A stretch of DNA of 32,000 bases from Candidatus Saccharimonadota bacterium. Lineage in GTDB: Bacteria > Patescibacteriota > Gracilibacteria > BD1-5 > UBA2023. Made by a program: the position numbers and the translations under genes. Under the pieces are notes generated by a model. That model searched no databases. It saw only the letters and a program-made list of their open reading frames with translations, and was not told the DNA's origin. Shown piece by piece: positions 1-11,707 of this stretch. Every line of letters starts with the position of its first letter. Positions within the stretch are counted from its first letter, which is position 1. The stretch lies in contig JAXLZO010000001.1 in assembly GCA_046350815.1 (NCBI GenBank), positions 1,200,001 through 1,232,000 on the forward strand. The letters are read 5' to 3'.

Positions 1-406
1 CAAGTGCATCGAGATGACCACATCCATTCATCAGAGCCATAATCTGTGAGGTCTTCGATCCTGGTGCAGCACATGCATCAAGCACATTCATACCAGGAGA
101 GAGATCCATGCAGAGTGCAGGTATCTGTGAAGAGATAGATTGTAGATAGATTTTTCCACTATTAAATATTGGATTTCCTTTGATCGTATACTCCTCCTCA
201 CGAGTGATCGTATAGGCATGATCAATACTTGGAAAAGCTACTGGATGTATACCGAGAGATGCAAGTGACTTGAGTGCTTCACTATCCGTCGTACGAAGTG
301 TGTTGACTCGTAGTGATGCGTCACGCTTGAATGCAAGATCCTCCCGAATGAGTGCTATATCTGCTTCAGTCAAATAGGTCATCAAAGATGAAAGAAAAGT
401 TTGCAT
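1..406 (-). CDS. NOL1/NOP2/Sun (RsmB/RsmF-type) RNA cytosine-C5 methyltransferase, N-terminal part; the gene runs off the left edge
   Basis: Reverse-strand ATG at 406-404. Translation MQTFLSSLMTYLTEADIALIRED...GKIYLQSISSQIPALCMDLSPGMNVLDACAAPGSKTSQIMAL carries the SAM-binding D-x-C-A-A-P-G-x-K-T motif of this family. The frame stays open to position 1. Confidence 0.8.
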   Translation of the reverse strand, partial: MQTFLSSLMTYLTEADIALIREDLAFKRDASLRVNTLRTTDSEALKSLASLGIHPVAFPSIDHAYTITREEEYTIKGNPIFNSGKIYLQSISSQIPALCMDLSPGMNVLDACAAPGSKTSQIMALMNGCGHLDAL

Positions 407-463
407 TTTTTTGGATTATCAAACAATAAGAGATATACTATAGTCTTAGTTGTCTTTTTTGCT

Positions 464-3037
464 ATGCAATTTCCAAATTTCACCCCAGAATGTCGCCAAG
501 TTCTCATAGATAGTGAGCTCCGTGTCCAAAAATTATGACTCTCCTGGGTGACGAGCAGCGAAGTATTTTTCTCGCTCCTTGAAAGTAATCATCCGCAACT
601 CCAGGATTTTTGTATGACCCATGGCCTGAATTCAGCGATCATCAGAGAAGTTCTCAAAGAAGATACGAACTCAAGCGAAGATGAGAAGAAAACCCCAGGA
701 TCATACACAGGAATGAGCACGGTTGTCAAAGATATTATTGTGAATTCTGCCAAAACAGCAGCACACTTTCAAAAAACAAGCATCGATGTGTTTGATCTTT
801 TTCTTGCAATATTGCAGAATGAAGGAACAAATCATATCCGAAATGCACTTGCATTTGTAGGTATAAGCCCCAGTGATCTCGAGGGAAATATCAATGAAAT
901 TAACAAATTTCTTGCCGGAAGCCAGAGTGGCAATCAAGATATATTTGGCCCCCTTGATGGAATTATTGAAGCACTCGAGGGAGATATGGATATCTCTGAT
1001 GGTGGACAAGAGCACGATGTATTCGCACAAAATATTCCACCAAAACGAAAAGCCAAAGAATCAAATACGCCAGCTCTCGATTTCTTCGGTACAGATCTCA
1101 CAGAAGAAGCTCGAAATGGGAAGATCGATCATATCATTGGTCGCGACACCGAGATCGAGCGACTTGTATCCATACTCAACCGAAAGACGAAGAACAATCC
1201 ATGTCTCGTCGGAGAACCAGGCGTGGGTAAGACTGCTGTGGTTGAGTGACTTGCGCTGCGAATCGCACAAAGCAAAGTCCCTCTTGCTATGCGCGACAAG
1301 AAGATCATCGCTATCGACCTATCAAGTGTGGTAGCGGGAACAAAATACCGATGAGAGTTCGAATCACGCCTCAAGCAAATTATCGATGAAGCATCAAAAA
1401 TGGAGAACGAGATTGTCCTTTTTATTGATGAGATTCATACGATTATTGGAGCATGATCTGGAGAAGGATCGCTCGATGCAGCCAATATTCTCAAACCCGC
1501 AATGGGAAGAGGGAAAATCTCTGTTATTGGAGCAACCACTCAGAATGAATACAGTAAACATATTGAGAAAGATTCCGCTCTCGAACGTCGATTTCAGAAA
1601 ATTAATGTTGAAGAACCAACTAATGATGTTGCTCTCTCGATTATTACCGGGATCAAAGAAGGATTTGAAGAATTTCACAACCTCAATATTTCGAATGAAG
1701 CAATCAAGGCGAGCATTGATCTCTCGACAAGGTATATCACTGATCGGTATTTACCAGATAAGGCAATCGATCTCATTGATGAAGCCTGTAGTGCTAAATC
1801 TATGACCTACACGCACAGCGATGATGAGAGTGATGCTATTCGCGAAAAGATCGAAAAACATCAAAAAGATATTGATGCCTTTGTGACAAGCGGGCAGCTT
1901 CATAAGGCACTCAAAGTAAAAGAAGCAATGCATAAACTCGAAGAAGAGCTCACAAACATGAAGGCAAAGCGAACAATCCCAAAGAGTAAGCGACTCATCA
2001 TAACAACAAAGGATATACAAAAAATCGTCCATCAAATGACCGGCGTTCCAGCAGCCAATCTTGAGAGCGAGGATATTTCGAGGCTGAAAAAACTCCCAAA
2101 AACACTCAAATCACAAATTATTGATCAAGAGAGTGCTATTGACGCTATTGTATCATCACTCAAACGATCGAGAACTGGTATAGGTGAGCCAAATCGTCCA
2201 ATCGGATCATTCCTCTTCCTTGGACCAACGGGGGTAGGTAAAACAGAATTAGTACGTGTACTCGCGCGAGAATTCTACGGAGATGAAAAAGCGCTCATCA
2301 AGATCGATATGTCCGAGTTTGGAGAGCGATCAAGTGCTTCAAAACTCATAGGAACAACAGCTGGTTATGTTGGGTATGATGATGGTGGACTCCTCACTGA
2401 AAAAGTCAGAAAAAGCCCATATTCTATCGTACTTTTCGATGAGATCGAAAAAGGAAATTTTGAAGTATTTCATCTTCTTCTCCAGATTCTCGAAGATGGA
2501 GTTATTACGGATGGTCGCGGTCGAAAAATCAACTTCAAAAATACGATTATTATCATGACGTCGAACATTGGAAGTGAAGAATTTGGAGAAAAATCAGCAC
2601 AAATTGGCTTCAGTATGTCCAATGAAGAAGAAGGTGAAATCAAGAGAGATTTTGATAAGATTCGAGAAAAAGTAATCAGCTCACTTGATGACTATTTTGC
2701 ACCAGAACTTATCAATCGTATTGACAAAATCACCGTATTCGATGCACTTACTCAAAAATCTCTCAAAAAGATTGTTACACTTCAACTTCAAAAACTTCAA
2801 GAGCGACTTGAGGGAGTAGGAATGATGTTTGAATTTGATACGAAGAGTGTACATCATATAACTAAGGCAACGTTCGATCCAAAATTCTGAGCTCGTAGTG
2901 TCCGCCGATATATTCAAGATCATGTGGAAGATATGATTGCAGATCATCTCATTAATCATCCAAAAGATACACAATTTATTCTCACTCTTGAGAAGGAAAA
3001 AATTGTGATCAAAACCAACAAATCATCTTTTGTGTAG
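464..3037 (+). CDS. clpC: ATP-dependent Clp protease ATP-binding subunit, ClpC-type AAA+ chaperone (857 aa with UGA=Gly)
   Basis: ATG at 464, TAG at 3035-3037. Track ORFs 548-1249 and 1502-2890 are in one frame, joined through TGA at 536, 1247, 1352, 1454 and 2888. Clp_N-like N-terminus; Walker A motifs [15 protein letters not shown] and [10 protein letters not shown]; short middle domain rather than the long ClpB coiled coil; IGF-type ClpP-docking loop ([10 protein letters not shown]). Confidence 0.9.
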
Positions 3038-3040
3038 AGA

Positions 3041-4612
3041 ATGAAAAAAAGAAGCTCATCTGTCGTTCTTGCTCATTTCATCGGAATTATTTGATGGAGC
3101 ATTTTTTTGGGTGGACAGATGAGCCAAGTTTATGCGATTGGAGATCTTGATATTTATCGAGCGAATCTTACAAAAACGTCCCAATGACAGAGTGACTCCG
3201 CAACACGACGATTTAGTGCGCTATCAAAATCAAAAACACATGATCTCTTCAAGATTCAGTGTTCCTATGGACCTTGTTTTTCGCAAACGGCAGTATTTAC
3301 TCCACGGATTATCACCGATTTGAGCAAGGGATATTTGAGCAAATACATGACTCCAAGCATGATCGGTGTGAATGGAAGCGTGGCTTATAACACGGAGGAT
3401 TTACAACTCATTAGCAATACTGCAGTAGGAATGCTACGTGATATCAATGCAGACTCAGTAAAAGAAGCACAAGATTCTTCAAAAGCGATCAATTATGGGA
3501 TCTATGCTGATGGTAATAAAGAAAATTCAGGATTTGATCTCATGACCGATATCGACAATATCAACACGATTCTCTTCAGTCAAACAACCAATTACCCAAG
3601 TACCAAAAATATAGCACTCGATAGTCTCAAAGATGCTGTGAGATCAAGTGCGAGTAATCTACAAGCTACCGAAGTAGCAACGCGCGCAAGCAATACCAGC
3701 GAAGTAGCTGGAAAAAACAGTCTTGTGCCATCACCAGATGCAAAACCACTCTCCTCAATATTCAACGAACAAAGTCCATCAGCAACGCTGATGTGTCTGC
3801 CGAGTGATCAGGTGGCTATCAATGTAGCATCATCCATCAATCACCCAAGTGAAACAACTATAAGTCGTAGCGTAACGAATGGTACAACTGGCGGATCTTT
3901 TGGTATCCCTATTAGTCGCACAAGCGAACCAACAGGAAGTGATAAATGCGGACCAAGCTCAGAATTTTGTATCGTCACGGAAGCAGTAAAATATAACTAT
4001 CTCCTCCTCTGAGGGGGAAAAACCGTGAGTATCGACTCAGTATTTTCACGTCATGCAGATATAGCATCGCAATATGCTCAAGCGGATTTTACTCCAGGAA
4101 AAGTAACGCGTTCATTTTTTGAGTCAACTCGGTCCTCCATCAATCTCGCTGGTAATCTTTCATTCCAAGTGATCACCAATACTCTTCCTATGCCAAGTGC
4201 CAATGTGAACAAGAGAAAAGCAAAAGATCCATCATCCAGTCAATCAGACCCATCAGAACTTGATAAAAACTTTGATAAAATTGCAGGGGAAATATTTGGA
4301 AATTATGGACTCAAATATAATGCGCCCTACCGACCATGAGAAGGCGACAAAACCAAACTTGATCTTACACTCAATTGTTCGCCAACAGATACAACATCCC
4401 ATTGTTTCAACAGGTTAGATCAAGATGTAACTAGCACATCGCTCAGCTCACATAGTATCAAAGAAACAGCTTATGTCGTCACCAGTGATGCATGGAACGA
4501 AGATCTAAAAGCACTTCAAGGTTTTACTACAAGTCTTTATCAAGCTATCGACAATATCAATGCAGCTTTCGCTGTGGGAAAAGCAAAACCTCATAGTCCG
4601 CAAAACAACTAG
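3041..4612 (+). CDS. hypothetical secreted or membrane-anchored protein (523 aa), Ser/Thr-rich
   Basis: ATG at 3041, 3 nt after the clpC stop; TAG at 4610-4612. Track ORFs 3320-4012 and 4025-4339 are in frame, joined via TGA codons. N-terminus MKKRSSSVVLAHFIGIIGWSIFLGGQMSQVYA looks like a signal peptide or TM helix. No family recognised. Confidence 0.65.
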
Positions 4613-4618
4613 AAATGT

Positions 4619-5986
4619 ATGTTTATTTTTTATCGATTCGTACTCAGCATCATTCTCTTTATGGGAATAGGATTTCAGAATAATGTTTTGTTTGCAGCAG
4701 AAACATGTAGTGTAAGTAATCAAGCAAGTCCAGAATTTCGAGAATATCAGAACAAACTCAATTCAGAGCTTGGAAAAATCCGTGGTGAGATGGCAGCAAA
4801 AACCTGCTGAGCCACACCATTTTCCAATACCAGCATTGAACGTGAAAAATCAAAATGAACTGATCTCATGTACTCGATCATCAATGAAACACGAGATCTC
4901 AATACACTTCAATCATCGTTTCGATTCAACATATCTAGACTCCTCTCTTCAGATGATCTTCCACTTTTACGAAGAGAGCGAAATACACTCACGAACCAAG
5001 CAAAAGCAATCGAGCAGACTGTAGATGAAATGTTTGGACGATGTGCTGGGGACCTCCCCTATAAGAACGGAACACTGCGATCAAATCTCTCACAAATATA
5101 TGCTGATCATGTCCGATTTACTGCCTATTTCGAATCAGTTGCATCTGGATGGAATTGACTCTCGCTACCATCTATTACTCCAAAAGTGATAGGTGACAAT
5201 CAAGATTGGCTCCCAAATATTACCAGCAGCTACAAACCAGAATGACTCAAACCATGCTACGAAGAAGGAGCTACCATGATGGGAACATGGGAGAGAATTG
5301 TCAAAATATGGACGGGAGGAGCAAGTATATCAAAATGAATCCAAGCATGGCAGGATGCTTACTCACTTCTCATTGGAACAGATCCAAACTACAATGCAAA
5401 ACAAAAGAAACTTCTCTCAAGTTATCTCTCAGAAAATGGTATCACGGGTGATGCACGAGATAATATTATGAGCAAGTTAGACTGTAAACAAAAAGGTGGA
5501 AGTAATTGTGGATGACCAGTGAGTTTTGGTGGTATTGATGGTATTGTGCAAATGAAAAATGAAGCAATAGGTCTCTATACTGATATGAGATCAACTATGG
5601 TAAACTTCCGAAAGATGACCAAAGAAACTCAGACTCAATACGCCAATGCTCTCAAATCATACCAATGAGAAGGTGGGGTCGCAGGTGCATTCAAGAATTT
5701 GAAAAATATCATTATACCAGTACCTGATGTTGATACACAATCCATCATTACCGATAGTAACTATTCACAAGATTTGGAATATATCCATCTCACAACACAG
5801 AATCTCTATACAACCCTCCGGTCAAAAAGTAGTTCTGATTTTACCGACCAAGCATCAATCGATAATCTCAAAGCGATAAACCAAGAAGTCTATATGATCA
5901 ATGAAAAACTGAAGTGAATGGAGAAGCTATCTATCTATATGTGCAAAAGCCAAGATACAGCACAAGCATGATTGTGTATCAAATAA
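4619..5986 (+). CDS. hypothetical secreted protein (455 aa)
   Basis: ATG at 4619, TAA at 5984-5986. Track ORFs 4619-4810, 4868-5158 and 5699-5917 share one frame and are joined only by TGA. Signal-peptide-like N-terminus MFIFYRFVLSIILFMGIGFQNNVLFAAE. Several paired Cys residues. No family recognised. Confidence 0.65.
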
Positions 5987-6024
5987 CTATAAAACCCTGG
6001 AATATTCCAGGGTTTTATAGTTAT
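5983..6024. terminator. bidirectional intrinsic terminator between convergent genes
   Basis: Near-perfect palindrome ATAACTATAAAACCCTGGAA/TATTCCAGGGTTTTATAGTTAT, overlapping the TAA of the 4619 gene and 8 nt before the PAP2 stop. Confidence 0.75.
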
Positions 6025-6031
6025 TCTCAAT

Positions 6032-6592
6032 TTATATTCTTCGAAAAGGTCATTTCATAGAGCCAATCATAACAATACCAGCACTCAGACATCCAAGAAT
6101 AATTCATACAAGGATATCACTTGGATAGTGAACCTGCAAATAGAATCGTGAAAAAGCAATCAAACAAGCAAGGATACAGACAATTCATGTAATTATCGGA
6201 TATTTCCGAGAGAAAAGCCAAGTGAAAAGTAATGCAAATGCCACCGAAGCGCTCGCATGACCCGATGGAAAAGAAGATGTAATCGGTGGGGATACGAGCA
6301 AATGGATAGAATCAATAGTTTCAAAAGGGCGAGCACGGTGGAAGATATGTTTAAGAATAACCTCTCACAAAAGAATATTCACACATAATCCAGCTAAAAG
6401 AATAGAAGATTGGATACGAAACTTTTGATAGAAAAACAACCCAACAATCATTCCCATCCATACCATTCCCCAGTCCCCAAGATGAGTCATAGATATCATA
6501 ATGTGATCCAAGAAAGGAGTATGAAGAGAGGCTGCCTGCTCAACCCAATACATATCCCATAAGGCAATAACGCCAAAAATATGATCTATCAT
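6032..6592 (-). CDS. PAP2-family lipid phosphatase (undecaprenyl-diphosphate/phosphatidic acid phosphatase type), 186 aa
   Basis: ATG at 6592; TAA (complement) at 6032-6034; track ORF 6365-6592 extended through TGA codons. All three PAP2 motifs are present: KHIFHRARP, PSGHAS and SRFYLQVHYPSD. Multiple TM helices. Confidence 0.85.
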
Positions 6593-6598
6593 AGGATG

Positions 6599-9500
6599 TT
6601 ATATGAGTCGTCTTATTGCTATCTCGAGCGTACCGAGCTCATCAAATTCTTCGCTCTTTCGAAGATCTGCTTGTGAAATCTCAGATACAAATATTGCAAG
6701 TGTTTCATTCTGTATAAACATACCATGACTTTCTATTACATCATCGATTGCACCAGAGAGAGCAATCTCGATACGATCTGATACATCATAATTTGCCTCT
6801 TTTCGCATATCTTGGATGATACGGACGAGATCACGAGCATATCATTCACGAGCAAGCTCCGGAGTGATTGATGTATCGAGAGCAATAACCATATGTCCTT
6901 CACCCGCCACGTCAGATCATTGCACATATGGCTCGTACGCATTCGTGAATTCCCCAATTTCGAGTATGTGACCAGCAACAACAACCCTACCATCCTCGAG
7001 AGATTCAAATACTCCTTGTTTTCCAGATTGAATAATCGACTGAATTTCCTTACCAAATTTTGGACCGAGAAGACGCGCATCTACCTTGATAATAGAACGC
7101 GCAATCGTATCTGGCGAAGTAGTGACGATTTCATGAATATTGAGCTCGTCACGGATAATTTCACTTGCCATCTCATCAAACTCTCGAGAGATAGTAATGC
7201 GTGAAAGTGGCTGACGAACACGTATTTTTTTCTGTGCCCGCAGTGAAAGACCAAGGCGGATAACACTGCGAACATCCTCCATTTCAGCATTTAGATGAGT
7301 ATTGACATGATGCCTCGAAAATTCTGGCCACATCGAGAGATGTACACTCTCTGATCATGTAAGACCACAATAGAGAGATTCACTGATAAATGGACAGATC
7401 GGAGCAAGAAGCTGAGTCACGCTTACAAGTGTTCGATGGAGCGTTTCATACGCTGAGAGCTTGTCGCTGTCATTTCCTGATTTCCAGAATCTCTTACGAG
7501 AGCGTCGAACATAGAAATTCGTGATATCATCAATGAGTCGTACGATTGATGTAGTTGCTCGAGGAAGATGGTATTCATCAAGAGCAGAAGTCACCTCTGC
7601 AATCGCGACTTGAAGACGAGACGACATCCAGATATCGAGTGGATTGACGAGTGGATATGGTGGTAATTCTAAAACTTCAGCATTCACGAGACGAAGCGCA
7701 TGCTCATGAGTCGTTGATGATCGAGCAAAACGTGATACACCCACAGCGCGACCTGTACCACCATGTGCAACCATCAAGATACGTTCATTCGGATATTTTT
7801 GCTCCAACATGTCAATATATGTATTTACACGCTGGAGAAATTCAGCCTCTGTCTCAGCTCCAAACGCAAGTGCTTTTTCAAAATAATTCGCATGGGTTAC
7901 GCTTGGATCAAGCGCTTGCATCTCTGTGAGAGTAAGAGAAGAGAACTTTCATGCACTTCGCTCTTGAAGTTCTTCATGAATTTCAAGAGAAAGATGTTCC
8001 AATCCAAGTTCCCGACGTACGATTTCAGCAGTCTCCTGAGTTCGAATTGAGGGAGTGACGATAATACGATCGAATGTTTTTCCTTGTAACTTGAGTCGTT
8101 TTGCTGTCTCGTATGCCTGTTGTTTTCCAAGTTCAGTAATATGAACATCGGCACCACTATCACTCACACGTCATGTCGCATTTGCTTCACTCTCAGCATG
8201 TCGCATCAGAGTAATAGATCATTTTCTCGGTGACCAACCATCAATATTCGCATAGGTCGTGAAGAAGCTGTATGTATTCCAAATGGGGAGAAGTACACTT
8301 TTAACAACTTCTTCAACCCCCTGCTCACTAAAACGAAGATCTTCTGCTCGAGTCGCAGGAGAGGAAAGAATATAGAACCTCAATGCATCCGCACCATGTT
8401 TTGAGAGAAGAAGCTCTGGATCTGGATAATTCTTGAGAGACTTTGACATTTTCTTGCCATCTTCAGCGAGAATCAGTCCATTAACGAGGACATGATGAAA
8501 TGGTGGCTCATCAAAGAGTGCAGTTGAGAGTACCATGAGCGTATAGAACCAACCGCGAGTTTGATCAAGGCCTTCAGCGATAAAATCAGCTGGAAAAGTA
8601 TTCGTAAATCGATCCTTTTCGCCAAAAGGAAAATGCTTCTGTGCATATGGCATCGATCATGATTCAAACCAACAATCCAATACCTCCGTGACACGAGTAA
8701 GAGTTTTACCGGACTGTGGATCTTTGAGTCGAATCTTATCAACAAAATGTTTGTGAATATCAACCAGCTCATTGGTAAAGGTATAGTAATATTGTCCATC
8801 TTTCTGATAAATATCTCCAAAATCTTTGTTCAGTTCATACAACTCCGCAATAGATGAGATGCAAACCTGTACTTCCCCGTCATCACTTTTCCATACAGGA
8901 ATTGCCGAACCCCAATAGCGATTACGTGATATATTCCAATCACGCGCGCCCTCAAGCCATTTGCCAAATCGCCCATCACGAAGCATTTCTGGCGCCCAAT
9001 TCGTCTTTGCATTGTTTGCAAGCATCTTCTCACGAAGTGACTCAACATCCACATACCATGCAGATATTCCGCGATAGATAAGTGGGGTTTTACATCGATA
9101 ACAATGTGGATATGAGTGGTCTATCGTGCCTACATGGACAAGTATTTTTCGATCTTTGAGATCTCTAATAACGGTATCATTGTAATCAAAGACGAATTCA
9201 CCAACTCAAAAAGAAATATGCTCGACATTTCCGGTCATATTGATGTGGCCAACATATCCAAGATCTTTTTCAATACCGATAATATTATCATCCTCACCGA
9301 ATGCGGGAGCAATATGTACGACTCCCGTACCCGAATCTGTTGTCACATGATGACCGACAACAACCGAATACACATTTGATCCGAGATTCATACCACGAGG
9401 AAGCTCGTTCATCTCATTCCAGTCAGAATAGAGTGGTTCATATTTGAGTCCAACGAGACATGATCCTGGGTAGCTACGTACCAGAGTATAATCATCAGGT

Positions 9501-10309
9501 GATTTATAGTAAGTCGCTATGCGATCAGTCGCAAGCACATAGGTATCACCTGATGCTTTATCGAGAATCTCTGAGTACCCTATCCCCTCACCCACCGCAA
9601 GACCAAGATTCGCAGGGAGCGTCCACGGAGTTGTTGTCCAAGCAAGAATATATTTTGAGCTACTTCCAACAACCTTAAATTTTACTGTTACAGCCTTATC
9701 CTGTTTGTTCTCATACCCTTGATTCACTTCAAAATTCGCAAGTGGCGTCGCACATCGAGGACAATACGGTACTACGCGATCACGTTCATAAATGAGTCAC
9801 TTCTTGTAGAGTTCACCAAATACCCACCATACCGACTCCATGAAGTCTGTATCCATGGTTTTATAATCATTATCCATATCGATCCATCGACCAATACGAC
9901 GAACGACACGACGCCAATCCTCGACATAACCAAAGACATTTTTTCGGCATTCCTCGTTGAACTCATAAACACCTACACGATCTTCAATATCACGTTTTCC
10001 AGATATTCCGAGCTTCTTCTCGACTATATTCTCGATCGGAAGACCATGACAATCCCAACCAAAACGACGCTCAACATACTTGCCACGCATCGTCTGATAG
10101 CGAGGAATAGCATCTTTGATCGTACCAGCAAGGATATGACCATAGTGAGGAGTACCAGTCGCAAACGGAGGACCATCATAGAAACTAAATTCTTCTCCAC
10201 CCTTACGGATATCGAGTGATTTTTGAAATGTTTTGTGTGTATCCCAATATGCGAGGATCTCCTCTTCAAGAGCTGGGAATGATTGACGGGAATTGATTTG
10301 TGGAAACAT
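6599..10309 (-). CDS. ileS: isoleucyl-tRNA synthetase (1236 aa with UGA=Gly) carrying an internal histidine-phosphatase domain insertion
   Basis: Eight track ORFs (9797-10309, 9206-9727, 8657-9052, 8219-8653, 7949-8167, 7355-7921, 6917-7333, 6599-6808) are all in one frame and are separated only by TGA. HIGH region [16 protein letters not shown]; KMSKS ([14 protein letters not shown]); WFESGSMPYAQ; CP1/editing region; C-terminus ends in TAA at 6599-6601. Confidence 0.95.
7655..8221 (-). other. in-frame histidine phosphatase (PGAM/CobC/SixA-like, branch 1) domain inserted inside ileS
   Basis: Translation [17 protein letters not shown]...[16 protein letters not shown]...[15 protein letters not shown]...[13 protein letters not shown] shows the RHxE, xPxxRxxxTA, ERxxG and HGG signature blocks. 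It is flanked by the IleRS sequences ...[15 protein letters not shown] and [21 protein letters not shown]... Confidence 0.8.
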
Positions 10310-10315
10310 AATATG

Positions 10316-10801
10316 TTAGTTATGAAAAAATGTATGTTTTCGGATGATTTGTTCAATATTTGCAGATCCGTAAAACTTCAACGAAGAAATTCTACCAATA
10401 TCTATCCATTCTGCCTGACTCATCCAAGCCTTCTCGCTTTCTTCGAATCATTTATCTGATAGTTCTCATCAGAGAATATGTGCTGAATAAAAAATCAAAA
10501 TGGATTGAATATATCGCTTCGAAGTATTCGTTCGAAAGAATGCACTCTGACAATCAAGCAATGATTCTATTTCGATATCGTATCCAGTTTCTTCTTTTAC
10601 TTCTCGAACAAGTGCTGCCTCGATAGATTCACCAAGTTCAATCCGTCATCATGGAAGACCATAACCATCACCATGTTGTGGAATAAGGAGTATCTTTCAA
10701 TCTTGAATAATGACACCATAGACCGAAGGACAGAAACGAAGCTCAGAAGATGGAACCTCAAAGGAATTTCCATCTTTGTCATGACAAATAATATTTCTCA
10801 T
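10316..10801 (-). CDS. Nudix hydrolase (161 aa)
   Basis: ATG at 10801; TAA (complement) at 10316-10318, 6 nt before the ileS start. Nudix box GLPGGRIELGESIEAALVREVKEETG, with both PGG glycines encoded by TGA. The standard-code track shows only out-of-frame fragments here. Confidence 0.85.
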
Positions 10802-10812
10802 ATTTACATTAT

Positions 10813-11667
10813 TTATGACAGATTCTTTCTCTCCATTTCATCAAGTGTTTTCCCATTGCTCATTTTCCATTCAATCCATCCATTTGTGGGTCTTCATGTC
10901 AATATAGATGCTGCAAATGATGGAGAACTACCAATATAATCTTCAACAAATATAATATCATCCGCAACTTCCTGAAGAATTCATTTTTCGAGAAGTTCTG
11001 TACGCAATCGCTTTGCTTTTCATTTGAACGATTCTACAACTTCTTTCTTCCCCTTGCTTCAGGCAAGAATAATGAACCCATCATTTGTATACAATCATTT
11101 TCCATCAACACCTCGAGTCTTAATAGAATAAAATGAATTCTCATCAAGATTCTGATCTGGAGTAGACAAAATATCTTTTATGATCGGATATCAACTTGCA
11201 GATAATAACAGATCTATATTCTCTAAAAATTCCTCCATCGATGCTTGTTGATATTCTGGAAGATTGTTCCGAGGTGGAGTTGTATTGTTAGTTAAATTAA
11301 AGCGTTTTATTTGTTTTGCTTTTTCAATAGCTCGAGATTCCAGAAATTTAACATCTCATTTCGTGAGATCATTTCCCTTCGATGTGAACGCGATAGCCAT
11401 TTCCCAAAAATCTTTATTTGTATCATGATTGGCTATACGATCAAAAAGATTCTCCGTTTCACCGATATAAGCAACATCACTTTCATTATCATCTTTCCCA
11501 AAAAGAAAATAAACTCAAGATTGCTGCATCTCCGGACGACTTTTCACATCTTTTAATTTTGCTCGAGGTACCATAATAGCTTTACCAATCCATCAGGATA
11601 GTTCGGTAGTTTTTACGCCCGTCGGACTCCCATCAACAAGAAAAGTTGTAATCGTTTTTCAATGCAT
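10813..11667 (-). CDS. GIY-YIG nuclease-domain protein with a DUF4357-like C-terminal domain (284 aa)
   Basis: ATG at 11667; TAA (complement) at 10813-10815; about 10 in-frame TGA codons. N-terminal GVYFLFG...VAYIGETENLFDRIANH fits the GIY-YIG pattern. C-terminal FVEDYIGSSPSFAASILTGRPTNGWIEWK resembles DUF4357. Confidence 0.7.
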
Positions 11668-11673
11668 ATATAA

Positions 11674-11707
11674 AAAAGCACACAAAAAATAAAAATTGTG
11701 TGCTTTT
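11674..11707. terminator. hairpin terminator (A-tract / stem / T-tract, works on either strand)
   Basis: AAAAGCACACAA-aaaataaaaa-TTGTGTGCTTTT. On the minus strand it ends 7 nt before the GIY-YIG start codon. Confidence 0.7.

Noticed and set aside
7655-8221. An intein, or a separate phosphatase gene nested in ileS.
   Set aside because: There is no start or stop of its own. It is in frame on both sides with no non-TGA stop, and there are no Hint-domain splice-junction residues. It reads as a domain insertion.
9719-10219. Long antisense or overlapping ORFs: 9719-10219 (+), 16916-17410 (-), 17136-17501 (-), 21444-22007 (+), 29004-29471 (+), 26361-26813 (-), 18397-18852 (-).
   Set aside because: Each lies entirely inside a confidently identified gene on the opposite strand or in another frame. 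Their translations are low-complexity or hydrophobic mirror images with no recognisable motifs.
548-10309. Apparent massive pseudogenisation: clpC, ileS, the ATPase, hsdR and the DUF2339 gene are each split into 2-8 ORFs in the supplied track.
   Set aside because: All the breaks are TGA, the pieces are always co-linear in the same frame, and TGA sits at conserved Gly positions. This is code 25, not gene decay. Only the GNAT gene (18998-19566) and the remnant at 25112-25688 remain broken after recoding.
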